From a virus, in the IMG/VR virus record IMGVR_UViG_3300022602_000075, positions 1 through 64,000 of that record: a stretch of DNA of 64,000 nucleotides; one strand, 5' to 3'. The notes beneath the pieces are model-generated. The model saw only the letters and a list, made by a program, of their open reading frames with translations. It was not told where the DNA came from and did not search any database. The translations under genes were made by a program, and so were the position numbers. Shown in pieces: positions 1 through 9,597 of this stretch (position 1 is its first letter; every line of letters begins with the position of its first letter).

Positions 1-2210
1 AAATTAGTAGCCGCGTTTACTAGTGCGTATGAGAATCCATCTAATTGAGTTTGAGATGCTTTTGTTAAATCGTCTTTATCTTTCTTTTCTTTCTCTATTG
101 CTTCTTGTTCATTCTTGTGTTTTTCTTCGATTTTTTTCTTATCACTGCCCATTAGAGTGCCCCAGTTCTTATATAAACCATAAGCACCACCCAATGCACC
201 ACCGATTGCCGCGCCTACAGGACCAAACATTAATCCCATACCTGCACCGGTGAGCGCAGAACTGCCTATGTCGGCAGTGGCTCCCAATTTTTCATGTCCT
301 GATTCGGTTAATTTGTCTGCTGCGTAATCTAATGCTATACCACCTAATAAACCACCTATGCCACCTTTGGCTTTACCTAAGAACTTCATTCCCTTAGAAA
401 GCATGCCGGCACCGCGTGCCGCCATACCTGCTCCACCGGCAGCCGCTGTGCCAGCGGCCGCAGTACCTGCTGCTCCCGCCGCTGCGGCGCCTTCCGCTGC
501 TACTGCGCCCGCAGTACCTGCTGCTCCCGCCGCTGCGGCGCCTTCCGCTGCTACTGCGCCTTCTGTTGCTACAGTAGCTGCACCGCCACCGGCGCCTTTC
601 TTTAGAGTTTCGAGAACGCTTCCTCCCCAGCCTGATATTTTACCACTATACTTAAATAACGCAATAGTTAATGCACCAAGCGCAAAGGTATTCAATGCTA
701 ATGCAGCCGCATAGGGGTTTACGATATTTGAAAGTTTGGTCGTTATAACACCAAAATTTCTACTTGCATCTCTCATGAATTTCACAAAACCCAGAGTAGA
801 ATCATCTTTGGGTTTGGTTGCTTCATCTGCCTCAGCCGCACGCTGACCTGCAGTTTTTCCTTCTGCTGCATTAGCCATTTGTCTGCGAACTTCTTCAGAC
901 TCTACGGTCATACCCTGGCTTTGTGCAAATTGAGCAGCGTTGCCACTGAATTTTACTGTGCTCCCGAATATCTGATTCCTTATGTCACCGGCTTTTAATT
1001 GGTCTTCTTGATACTTGGCTATGGCTTTAGAAACGTCTGCCTCTCCTTTTTCATTTCGCATGGACAGATACTGCTCAAAATCTCGTTGCATGTTGGGATT
1101 GCTTGCTAAATTAGCGGCACCAAGTTTGCTGTGCAATGTTCCAGTTGAAATCAATTCCATCGCACCTACATATTGCATAGAATTTTTATCGCCGCCCCCT
1201 TGTCTAAGGGCTTCTGCAAGCAATGCCTTTTCCATGTCTAGTCGTGCTTTAATCTCATCTGCTTTTTTAGTTGCGTCTGGAGTATTAAGCTTTCTAAGTC
1301 TTGCTTCTTCTTTTGACAACTCATTTTGATGTTGCTGTATTTGAACTGTTCTAGATGCTTCTTCTTGTTGCTTTTTCTGTTGTTCAACACTTTGACCTGT
1401 AAGAGTTGACAACTTAGTTAAATTATCTAAATAATTTCCAGTAGCGTCTGCTAAGGTTTTTTGGTTTTTAGTAAAAGTACTAAGAGACTGACCAGTTGAT
1501 ACCAAATAACCTACAGTGTCTGCTTGCGCTTGAGTATATTCTTCCTGACTATACCCTAACGATCTATACTTATCCATTTGTTCTTTGATTACTTTACCGC
1601 CTTCAGAGTACATGTCGGTAAGTTTACCAAATTTATCAAGTGCGCCTTTTGTAGTCCCTCCCAATGCTATCATATTACCGTTCAATGACTTGAACGCATT
1701 GCCAAACTTTGACATGTTTTCAGAAGTATAACCAGCATTAGTTGCTAGAGTTACTAACTCTTTATATGTCTGTGACGCTCCTATGCCCGCTTTGGCAAGG
1801 TCGTCATAAGTCTCCATAATTTTATCAGCTTGTTTGGTTAGTGAGCCGGCAAGAGCGGTTAGAGCACCGGTTACCATTACTAATCCCTGCCCAAACCCCG
1901 GTATCAGTTTAACTACGCTAGCGAGACCATCATGCATTGAGTCAACGCCGCTTTGGTATTTGGCAAGCCCTGATGTTTGTGCGTTTAATGCCTGACCAAA
2001 ACTTGAAAGCCCTTTAGTTACTCCACTTTTTAAGTTGTCTATTGCACTATTAAGAGAGTCTATGCGACGTTCTAAATCACGCTGCTTTTTCTCAGCTATG
2101 GCTTGAGCTTCAGAGTAAGCGGATGTAACGCCCGTACTTTTTCTTATCGCATCGTTAAATTTGGTAAACGCTTCAAGTAACTCGGGTGTTATAGGATTTT
2201 CTTCTGCCAT
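1..2210 (-). CDS. Tape-measure-like / baseplate hub protein (partial, runs off window start)
   Basis: ATG at 2210 (MAEENPITPELLEAF...). Helical A/K/Q-rich sequence with Gly/Ala-rich segments. It runs off the window edge, so it is absent from the ORF track (frame spot-checked, not read codon by codon). Divergent from the gp26-like gene, with TAAATA motifs in between. Confidence 0.65.
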   Translation of the reverse strand, partial: MAEENPITPELLEAFTKFNDAIRKSTGVTSAYSEAQAIAEKKQRDLERRIDSLNSAIDNLKSGVTKGLSSFGQALNAQTSGLAKYQSGVDSMHDGLASVVKLIPGFGQGLVMVTGALTALAGSLTKQADKIMETYDDLAKAGIGASQTYKELVTLATNAGYTSENMSKFGNAFKSLNGNMIALGGTTKGALDKFGKLTDMYSEGGKVIKEQMDKYRSLGYSQEEYTQAQADTVGYLVSTGQSLSTFTKNQKTLADATGNYLDNLTKLSTLTGQSVEQQKKQQEEASRTVQIQQHQNELSKEEARLRKLNTPDATKKADEIKARLDMEKALLAEALRQGGGDKNSMQYVGAMELISTGTLHSKLGAANLASNPNMQRDFEQYLSMRNEKGEADVSKAIAKYQEDQLKAGDIRNQIFGSTVKFSGNAAQFAQSQGMTVESEEVRRQMANAAEGKTAGQRAAEADEATKPKDDSTLGFVKFMRDASRNFGVITTKLSNIVNPYAAALALNTFALGALTIALFKYSGKISGWGGSVLETLKKGAGGGAATVATEGAVAAEGAAAAGAAGTAGAVAAEGAAAAGAAGTAAAGTAAAGGAGMAARGAGMLSKGMKFLGKAKGGIGGLLGGIALDYAADKLTESGHEKLGATADIGSSALTGAGMGLMFGPVGAAIGGALGGAYGLYKNWGTLMGSDKKKIEEKHKNEQEAIEKEKKDKDDLTKASQTQLDGFSYALVNAATN
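458..560. repeat. Two tandem 51-bp direct repeats in the tape-measure-like gene
   Basis: ccgcagtacctgctgctcccgccgctgcggcgccttccgctgctactgcgc starts at 458 and at 509; encodes GAVAAEGAAAAGAAGTA on the minus strand. Confidence 0.9.
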
Positions 2211-2221
2211 TTTTTATCCAA

Positions 2222-2240
2222 TAAATATAATAAGTATTTA
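2222..2240. promoter_or_regulatory. Back-to-back T4-like late promoter motifs (TAAATA)
   Basis: TAAATA on + at 2222 and on - at 2235-2240, between divergent structural genes. The same motif precedes most structural genes in the window. Confidence 0.6.
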
Positions 2241-2281
2241 GTTACCAAATATATACTCATTTTTTACACAAGGATAATTCT

Positions 2282-3103
2282 ATGAGCGACAACCCTCTTA
2301 AGCAGTATTTTAGAAGACCAGCTATTTATTTAAAACTACCCAGTGCTGGACAAGGGTATGAGCCCGGAGTATTAGAACTGCCTCACAATGGAGAATTGCC
2401 AATTTACCCAATGACTGCAATAGATGAAATCACTGCTAGAACCCCAGACGCACTTTACAACGGTACCGCTGTTGTAGAAATCATGAAAAGTTGCCTTCCA
2501 AATGTTAAAGATCCTTGGGAAGTGTTTAGTTCAGATTTAGATGCGATTATGATAGGAATCAAAGTTGCTTCTAATGGAAATGACATAGAAATGGAAAGCG
2601 AATGTCCTAAGTGCAAAGAAACTGGTAAGTACGGTGTTAACTTGGCTGCTATGCTAGCCCAACTAAAATCTGGGGATTACACTAAAGAACTGAATATACA
2701 TGACTTGTATTTCAAGTTTAGACCGCTAAAGTTCAAAGAAATGAATGATATCAACTTAAAGCAATTTGAAATACAAAAAACACTATTCCCTACAGATACA
2801 GACACTGAAGAGCAGCGCAACAAGAAAAATAAAGATGCACTTAAAGTAGTAACTGATTTAACTATTGATGTGCTATCAAAGGCTATTGAGTACATCAAGA
2901 CACCAATTGGCATAGTATCAGAAAAGCCATTCATCTTAGAATTCTTAAGAAATTGCGACCGTCTTACTTACAACAAAGTAAGAGATTACACAACTGAACT
3001 TAAAGATCAAACTGAAATGCCACCACTAGATATCGTATGTGTTAATTGCAGTCATCCCTATAAGTCTAAATTTACCCTAAACGTCACTGATTTTTTCGAA
3101 TAA
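2282..3103 (+). CDS. Baseplate hub / tail assembly protein (T4 gp26-like)
   Basis: NPLKQYFRRP start, PMTAIDEI, two CxxC pairs, C-terminal DFF; adjacent to the tape-measure-like gene. Confidence 0.65.
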   Translation: MSDNPLKQYFRRPAIYLKLPSAGQGYEPGVLELPHNGELPIYPMTAIDEITARTPDALYNGTAVVEIMKSCLPNVKDPWEVFSSDLDAIMIGIKVASNGNDIEMESECPKCKETGKYGVNLAAMLAQLKSGDYTKELNIHDLYFKFRPLKFKEMNDINLKQFEIQKTLFPTDTDTEEQRNKKNKDALKVVTDLTIDVLSKAIEYIKTPIGIVSEKPFILEFLRNCDRLTYNKVRDYTTELKDQTEMPPLDIVCVNCSHPYKSKFTLNVTDFFE

Positions 3104-3114
3104 GGCTTCTTAAT

Positions 3115-3327
3115 ATGGCACCCGCAGCCATTAAGAAGCTGTTGGACGGGTATGAAAAAGAATGCGAAGATATAAAAAAGGGAGCCATAACTATGGCATG
3201 GTATATGCGTGGCGGTGTTTCCTACCAAGATATCCTCAACATGTCTTCTTCCGAACGGGAAGAAATCAATAAACTTATTGAGTCCAACTTAGAAACAACT
3301 AAGAAAACACAATTGCCGTTCTTCTAG
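3115..3327 (+). CDS. Baseplate hub assembly catalyst (gp51-like); possibly also the C-terminal part of a frameshift fusion
   Basis: WYMRGGVSYQDILNMS motif; directly follows the gp26-like gene in the -1 frame. Confidence 0.6.
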   Translation: MAPAAIKKLLDGYEKECEDIKKGAITMAWYMRGGVSYQDILNMSSSEREEINKLIESNLETTKKTQLPFF

Positions 3328-3444
3328 TGCGCCAAAGAAAGACGAACTACGTTCGTCTAAGACCTCACTTCGTTCGGTCTTGTTTTTCTTTTAAAGTTAT
3401 TCAACTCTATTTTACAATTTTTTATTCTTCTTTTATTATTGACT

Positions 3445-3830
3445 GGAATGATATCTTGCACATGCAGCTCAGAGCCCATGGTAGTGCTATTCAGAACTAC
3501 CCATGGACGAAAGTTACATGCAGTCGTCGCTCCGATGTTTATCCCCCGTATAACTAGCCCGTTCGTACTGCTATACGCCACCGGTTGCTCTGTAAGGTTT
3601 AATGGGGTCGTAGTGAAGTGATTGGCTTCAGGCCAATGTTAAGCAACGCACATTCTATAACATCAAAACATAGTAGTTATAGACTTGTTCAGGGTTCGCT
3701 TTTTGTCGATTGCCCTGTCGGTGTGCCGATGTCTTGCTTTGTACAAGACATCCTACTCCAGATCCGCAGGCTACTGGCTTCCCAGGCTTGCTCAAGGAGA
3801 GTCAGGGTACCCTGACCAGACGAGTTTTGT
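3445..3830 (-). ncRNA. Candidate large structured non-coding RNA (family not recognised)
   Basis: GC-richer intergenic stretch with at least six inverted repeats; G.U wobbles in the 3460-3520 stem favour the minus strand; no credible ORF. Confidence 0.5.
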
Positions 3831-3871
3831 AGCTGTAGGTATAATACCGGTTGAGCTTTATTAGGGCAAAG

Positions 3872-4459
3872 TTAGAGCTGTTGACTTGGTGTCTGTTGAG
3901 CTGTAGTAACGGTTAAATAAGGTGAGCTGTTTAAATTTGTGTTAGTGTTAGTTGCGCCGCAATATGCAGCAAAAATATCTCGGTTGTGTTTGAAAAAGTT
4001 ATCGAATTCTAAGATAACCCAATCCTTATGATTAGAACTGGTGTAGTATAGAAAATGATCTGTGACCCAAGTGTATTTACTTTGAAGCGCAACAAAACGG
4101 CCTTTGCGGTTAAATTTCATAAAAAGTACGCTAAGATCGTCTGGTTCTGCCACATCCATCATCTGTGCTAACCAGCTGTCAAGAATTTTACATCCCCCGG
4201 CTAGTACTTGATGAAATGGAAAGTCAGCATAACTTTTACATTCTGCATTTAATTTAGAGAAACTTTGTCCTGGAACAATGTCTCCCTTGAAACTTCTGAT
4301 CTGTCCTTCGTGTAAAACTTGAGTTCTTGTTTGATTCTTGCCACCGATATAAGCACCCGAGCCCGGAGCCCTAATAAAAGACTCTCCGTATAACTCAGAT
4401 AAGAAACTAGCGACTTCTCGCTCAAAACCTGAACCTTTCGCTTTCTGTGGGCTAGCCAT
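3872..4459 (-). CDS. Holliday junction resolvase (Hjc-like PD-(D/E)xK)
   Basis: KAKGSGFEREVA...GDI...ECK motifs; in the recombination gene cluster. Confidence 0.75.
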   Translation of the reverse strand: MASPQKAKGSGFEREVASFLSELYGESFIRAPGSGAYIGGKNQTRTQVLHEGQIRSFKGDIVPGQSFSKLNAECKSYADFPFHQVLAGGCKILDSWLAQMMDVAEPDDLSVLFMKFNRKGRFVALQSKYTWVTDHFLYYTSSNHKDWVILEFDNFFKHNRDIFAAYCGATNTNTNLNSSPYLTVTTAQQTPSQQL

Positions 4460-4461
4460 TA

Positions 4462-5100
4462 TTATATTTCTTTCTTGTTTTTACAGTTGTCACCGTGCCA
4501 ACGATGAAACATGTTAATACTTATACTCTTACCGCAGTGCCCACATATTTTTTTGATTTGTGAGGTGTGTCTGCCTTCGGCTAACATTTTTTCATTTATA
4601 CTGCCACCTAAGAAGTGATGCTTACCTTCAGCTACTAATTGTTTAGCTAATTTTCGTTGAATCTCTCCGCCGACAAAGGGATTTGTCCCTTCTTCTACTC
4701 TTTTTAGATTTCTTGCTCTGGTAATCTCTCCGCTATTCAAGAAATGATGAGTCCCGTTTTTTACGCGGTCTGAGCTAATACTTGAGCCGTCAGGTCTTTT
4801 TAATAGATGGTGAGATCCGTTATTAACCCGTAACTCAGCGGATTTAGAAGCGATATAGGATAATTCTTCGGCTGACAACTTCAATCTTCTTGCTAGTAAA
4901 TTACACGCTCCCCAATCACCCTGAGAAAAATGTATATCGTAGTGTTCTTTAATGGTAACCAATTTCAGATTTGATATGTCATTGTTTTCATGATTACCAT
5001 CAATGTGATGAATGTCCATAGGCTTACCGTCAGCATCCCGAGGAATAGCACCGAAGTGTTGTTTATAAATATTGCGGTGGTTATTATGTGGACTTAGCAT
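4462..5100 (-). CDS. Free-standing HNH homing endonuclease
   Basis: DIHHIDGNHENNDISNL...EHYDIH motif; repeated GxH(H/P)F DNA-binding-like motifs; C-terminal CxxC...HGDNC. Confidence 0.85.
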   Translation of the reverse strand: MLSPHNNHRNIYKQHFGAIPRDADGKPMDIHHIDGNHENNDISNLKLVTIKEHYDIHFSQGDWGACNLLARRLKLSAEELSYIASKSAELRVNNGSHHLLKRPDGSSISSDRVKNGTHHFLNSGEITRARNLKRVEEGTNPFVGGEIQRKLAKQLVAEGKHHFLGGSINEKMLAEGRHTSQIKKICGHCGKSISINMFHRWHGDNCKNKKEI

Positions 5101-5138
5101 GATATTAGTTATGATAATTTTTCATCACTGAAAAATTT

Positions 5139-6905
5139 TTATGCTGGTTCCCCAGATGAACTGTAGGTAGTAAAGCCGCCCTCTTTAACTACTTTCAATA
5201 TGTTATCAACACGACTAGATAGTTCCTCTCTATGTGAAACCAACCAAATAGATTTATTGCGGCGGCGAGTCATATCTTTAAGAATGGACATTGCATTTTC
5301 AACGCCGATGGTGTCTAATCCAGAATCAATTAATTCGTCAATAAATATAGTATTGATTGGGAAATATAAATTTTCCCACACATCTCTAAAAGCAAACGAA
5401 AGAGAAAGTATGAGCCTATTCATTTCTCCGCGGCTAAGGTTATAGAAATCAAGTTCTCTACCTAATTCTGTGATCTCAACATTTAAATCATTTTGAAATA
5501 CTACTTGATGTGGCAATCCAATACGATCTAGATAATGAGTTAGTCTAGCGTTTAGATAACTTAGGTTCTGATCAATAATCTTTTTACGAACAAACGAATC
5601 TTTGTTAGTTAGAAGATTTAGAATGAGTGTTTGGTGTTCTAATACTTTAGTTAAGTCATTGATAGTATCAAAACTAATTGGTTGCAATGCTTGATTTTCC
5701 ATTTCTGTGATTTGTTCAGCATATGGATCAGTTTCATTACTCTTATTTTCAATTTGGTTCAAGATATTAGTGATTTGGCTAGAATGCTTAACTGCTTCTG
5801 CCTCAGTATCATAGTGAGTCTTTGGAGCACGACCTAACTTACCCAACGCACTTAGTGCATTAGTATGCTCAGTTAGTCGCTCATTAGTAGTAGACTCTAG
5901 CGCAACCGCATCTTTAAGTGCTTTCTTTTTATCACTTAACACGGTCTTGTGCTTATCATCGTGAAATTCTTGTCCACACGCATAACAAGTATGATTTTTT
6001 AAATCATCTATTTCTTTCTTTAACTTGTCGATTGTTTTGCGTTCTTTGGACAAATCGGTCTCACAACGAGCAATCAATTTCTTTAGATCATCGATTTGCT
6101 TGGATTTTTCATTGTAAGTAACCAAATCTTTATGTGATTGCAATTCTTTATCAATGTCGATCTTAGTTAGGTCATCATATTCTAATGCTAACTTGTTTAA
6201 GTCTTCGTCATGTTTGTTTTGCCAAAGACGTTGGCGACGCTTGGTACTTTCAATTTGTTCTTTTACACGCTTGTTGGCTTCTTCAATAGCCTTGATGTTA
6301 AACTCTTCTTGTTGAATAGCATCTTTAGACTGTTTCACTTTTTCCTTAAGTACTTCTGCTTTTTCAGAAAGCAGAGTGATACCAAGCAACTGTTCAATTA
6401 CATTGCGCTGATCGTTGGCTTTCATAGCCAAAAATGGTTCACTATAAGTATTAAGAGCAACAGTATGCTTGAACATATCTGGAGTCATACCAATTGCTTT
6501 TTCAATATGCTCTTGTGTTTCTTTGTTTTCACCCTGAGCATCATCGGTTGATTCTTGTAAGTTGCTATTGACATAGAACTTCAAAATGTTTGGTCTACGA
6601 CCACGCTCAATCTTGTATTCAACACCGTTAGCACTAAACTCTAGTGTAACAAGCATACCCTTACCGTTAGTACGATTGATTAGATTATCTTTTCTAATAC
6701 TATTAATTGGTGTGCCAAATAACGCATAACTCAACCCTTGAATAAGAGTTGTCTTACCTGTACCATTTCTAGCACCGTCACCGCCCAAGTCTAAGTTTTC
6801 ACCTAGAATTAGTGTAAGTTCTTTGCTGTCAAAGTTTACCGCTTGCATTACTTGTCCAATAGACAAGAAATTACGTAAAGTTATATTTCTAAGTACGATG
6901 CTCAT
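5139..6905 (-). CDS. Recombination endonuclease ATPase subunit (gp46 / SbcC / Rad50-like)
   Basis: Walker A NGTGKTT, coiled coil with CxxC zinc hook (CYACG), signature LSRGE, Walker B IFIDE, VSH switch. Confidence 0.95.
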   Translation of the reverse strand: MSIVLRNITLRNFLSIGQVMQAVNFDSKELTLILGENLDLGGDGARNGTGKTTLIQGLSYALFGTPINSIRKDNLINRTNGKGMLVTLEFSANGVEYKIERGRRPNILKFYVNSNLQESTDDAQGENKETQEHIEKAIGMTPDMFKHTVALNTYSEPFLAMKANDQRNVIEQLLGITLLSEKAEVLKEKVKQSKDAIQQEEFNIKAIEEANKRVKEQIESTKRRQRLWQNKHDEDLNKLALEYDDLTKIDIDKELQSHKDLVTYNEKSKQIDDLKKLIARCETDLSKERKTIDKLKKEIDDLKNHTCYACGQEFHDDKHKTVLSDKKKALKDAVALESTTNERLTEHTNALSALGKLGRAPKTHYDTEAEAVKHSSQITNILNQIENKSNETDPYAEQITEMENQALQPISFDTINDLTKVLEHQTLILNLLTNKDSFVRKKIIDQNLSYLNARLTHYLDRIGLPHQVVFQNDLNVEITELGRELDFYNLSRGEMNRLILSLSFAFRDVWENLYFPINTIFIDELIDSGLDTIGVENAMSILKDMTRRRNKSIWLVSHREELSSRVDNILKVVKEGGFTTYSSSGEPA

Positions 6906-7918
6906 AAGTTCTGATAAATTTCCATAAGCAGCTTAACATCAAATTCTTTACTTTCAATGTTGCTAATTTGATCTAGTATTATCTTATCTACGCTTTCAAA
7001 TTTCAACTCACCTGGGGCTAAATCTTGTGCGTGTTGGTCTGATTTAATTGGGATCAATGACATTTCTCTTAATTGATGTTCGGGAATAAATTTCTCTCGC
7101 AAGAAATTTGCTTCTTCGTATGTGATTTCATAATCTAAGTGTACTCTGACACTAGAGCGGGGCAGCAAGAGTCCATCGGGATTTTCTAGTACATCACTTA
7201 ACTTGCAGACCCTAAACACTGGCTGATTAGGCCAAGGATGGAACTCAGGTTCGCTACCCCACTCTAGTATCATCATACCTCTTTGATCGTCACCGGCATC
7301 TGCATAATTGTGCGGAAAACAATTACCTATATACCAGACATTTTGCTTGCTCTGTCTTTTATGAAAATGACCAGAGAATACTTGATCAAAACCTTTTAGT
7401 TGATCAGTATTGATTTCTCCGTGATCGGGCATTTCCACCATAGCATTCATATAAAAATGCGGCAGTTCAAAATGCCCAAACAAATACTTGCCTTCTAGTT
7501 TCTTTAATTTCTTAAAGTCTTCACCAACTAGCCACGGAGCAATAGTTACATCACCGTGATTAAAAAAGTCATTTACAATAGTGATGTTGGGCAAATGCTT
7601 AGCCCACTCTACGCTATGAATGTCTCGCTTGTCACGATAGTAAAGATCGTGATTGCCCGGAATAAAATAAACTTGATCGAAATTATCGCTTAGTTTTTCT
7701 AAGGCTCGCAAACTATACTGAAGTGTTTGTATATTAATACTTGCACGATGGTGATTCCAATCGCCCAAGAAAAAACAAGTTTCACAATTTTCACTCTTGG
7801 CTTTGGAAATAAACCAATCAACAAAATCAGCACAATCGTTATTGTGCTGAATTGAATTACTCTTGAGTCCAAAGTGAATATCAGTTAGGACTGCTGCTTT
7901 CTTAAATAAATTTGACAT
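6902..7918 (-). CDS. Recombination endonuclease nuclease subunit (gp47 / SbcD / Mre11-like)
   Basis: Metallophosphoesterase motifs DIH, GD, GNHD, GHFH; adjacent to the gp46-like gene. Confidence 0.95.
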   Translation of the reverse strand: MSNLFKKAAVLTDIHFGLKSNSIQHNNDCADFVDWFISKAKSENCETCFFLGDWNHHRASINIQTLQYSLRALEKLSDNFDQVYFIPGNHDLYYRDKRDIHSVEWAKHLPNITIVNDFFNHGDVTIAPWLVGEDFKKLKKLEGKYLFGHFELPHFYMNAMVEMPDHGEINTDQLKGFDQVFSGHFHKRQSKQNVWYIGNCFPHNYADAGDDQRGMMILEWGSEPEFHPWPNQPVFRVCKLSDVLENPDGLLLPRSSVRVHLDYEITYEEANFLREKFIPEHQLREMSLIPIKSDQHAQDLAPGELKFESVDKIILDQISNIESKEFDVKLLMEIYQNL

Positions 7919-7978
7919 CAGTAAAGTATACTGCCTTTAGTTAACTATAATCAAGTGTTAAGGTTACATCTATACGCA

Positions 7979-9583
7979 TTAAGATTTCCACACATATACA
8001 TTATTGCCACAGTCCCATATTCTATCATAACCGCTATTTGCCATGTTTTGCCGCTCTGATAATTCTTGATCGTATTTAAGCAATCGTTTTTTTAATTTAT
8101 GTTTTTGAAAATGCTGGCGACTATAGATTTTCACATAGTCAAGCGTATAACGATATCCGGGCTTAGTTGTTCCTGTGTGCGTAAATCCTAATTTGGTGTA
8201 TACATTTCCAGTAGCGTAAGAGCGGTCGGCATAGGACAATACACTATTTGGATTTTGTGTTGAGATAAAATATTTAAATAATTTGCTGGCCCCTCCCACT
8301 ACAGTATGCCCCAAAATAGTTGAAAACCTTAGCAATTCCCACTGCGCTTTATTTCCAAATCTGCACCTTCCAAAACTCATCGCACTCATTAATTTTGAAT
8401 TTGAATCAAAAAGTCCGATATTTACTGTATTTCCTCCGCAATTGCCTTGCAAATGAGTAGCGTCAAAAAAGTCATTTGCTGTTTTTCTTTCTATAACCTT
8501 AACAGTAGTATCTCTCGCAAAGACTCGCGCTGCTATCCCCATCTTCACACTCAGCAAGGATTCAATTATTGGACGTTTATCATTCCAATCATGCTCCCAG
8601 ATGTGCAACAATTGTATAGATTGGTTACTACAGTCAATAGTTTTTTGTACATGATACTCCTTCCCACGACCCCGTGACTCGCTATGCCAATACGTACCGT
8701 TACACTCTATTGCCAAGTTTAATTTAGGTAAATATATGTCTAATTGACGGTTAGTAAGGACCGACCAATCTGATTGTATGATATCTTCTGAAGAGTAAGT
8801 AGATTTGACATAATCTACGACTGATTGTTCAAAGTAATTTGTCTTGAACGTTGGTAAAACTAACCCTAATTCGTTAACTTTACTATATATTGGGTAACGT
8901 GATATCCCATACCTAGAGGCTAGCTCAGACACCGGCGCTGTCATTATTTCTGTTTTAAAAATTTCATCGTCGGTCATAAACAACAATGCTTCGGGAGAAT
9001 AATGATTTTTTATCCAAGTTTCTGCTTGTTTGGTTCTGATAGTTTTTACCTTAGCAGGGTTATCAACGCCGTACTTATCCACGAATGCCTGCTTCATCCT
9101 TGCTTTCCCCGTTGCTGACTGAGTAGGATATGCAGCACCAAAAGTAATGTTATTGGCATCAGTTACTCTATTGGTAAATTCTTCCGTTTTGCTGTAATGA
9201 TCTACTCCATACCTTTTACGAGAAGTATTTTTAATTTTATCACTCCAATCGGCTTCTTGTGAATGCCACTCAGGCAATCCCTTGCTAACTCTATCTAGTT
9301 TTTTTGTCGCAACGGTGTATTTTGCTGTACACTTTTTGCTGCAATACTGACGATACCTTCGCAAGTCGTCATGCCAAGAAAGACTATTCCCACATTCACA
9401 TGTGGGAATATCACAGCAGTTTTTTTCTGCATGGAATAATATTTGTCTAGGCTTAACTGATTTGATTTTATCACTGACTGTGCAATAGATATCGCTAAAA
9501 TTAGAATTTAACAAATCATTATATAGCAATCTCTTTTGCAACTTAAATGCGATTATCTCATCTGTGATTGTATTGCCCGACAT
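7979..9583 (-). CDS. Putative homing endonuclease (Vsr/DUF559-like domain) fused to a C-terminal GNAT-like domain
   Basis: Zn-binding N-terminus, KYGVDNP-type repeats, LDIYLP...IECNGTYWH nuclease motif, then WELLRF...GGASKL...SYADR...Y..LGF. Confidence 0.7.
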   Translation of the reverse strand: MSGNTITDEIIAFKLQKRLLYNDLLNSNFSDIYCTVSDKIKSVKPRQILFHAEKNCCDIPTCECGNSLSWHDDLRRYRQYCSKKCTAKYTVATKKLDRVSKGLPEWHSQEADWSDKIKNTSRKRYGVDHYSKTEEFTNRVTDANNITFGAAYPTQSATGKARMKQAFVDKYGVDNPAKVKTIRTKQAETWIKNHYSPEALLFMTDDEIFKTEIMTAPVSELASRYGISRYPIYSKVNELGLVLPTFKTNYFEQSVVDYVKSTYSSEDIIQSDWSVLTNRQLDIYLPKLNLAIECNGTYWHSESRGRGKEYHVQKTIDCSNQSIQLLHIWEHDWNDKRPIIESLLSVKMGIAARVFARDTTVKVIERKTANDFFDATHLQGNCGGNTVNIGLFDSNSKLMSAMSFGRCRFGNKAQWELLRFSTILGHTVVGGASKLFKYFISTQNPNSVLSYADRSYATGNVYTKLGFTHTGTTKPGYRYTLDYVKIYSRQHFQKHKLKKRLLKYDQELSERQNMANSGYDRIWDCGNNVYVWKS

Positions 9584-9597
9584 TATATTCTCTCTGT

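Noticed and set aside
23-1329. Plus-strand ORFs 23-253, 358-714 (Ala/Pro-rich) and 1015-1329
   Set aside because: Antisense shadows of the minus-strand tape-measure-like gene and its 51-bp repeat.
3575-3610. RNase P RNA-like AAACC...GAGCAA motif on the minus strand
   Set aside because: The universally conserved GAGGAAAGUCC segment and its 3' partner are not visible, so RNase P is not supported.
3327-3815. Four short ORFs in the structured intergenic region
   Set aside because: Mutually overlapping, no convincing RBS or protein-like composition; the stems explain the sequence better.
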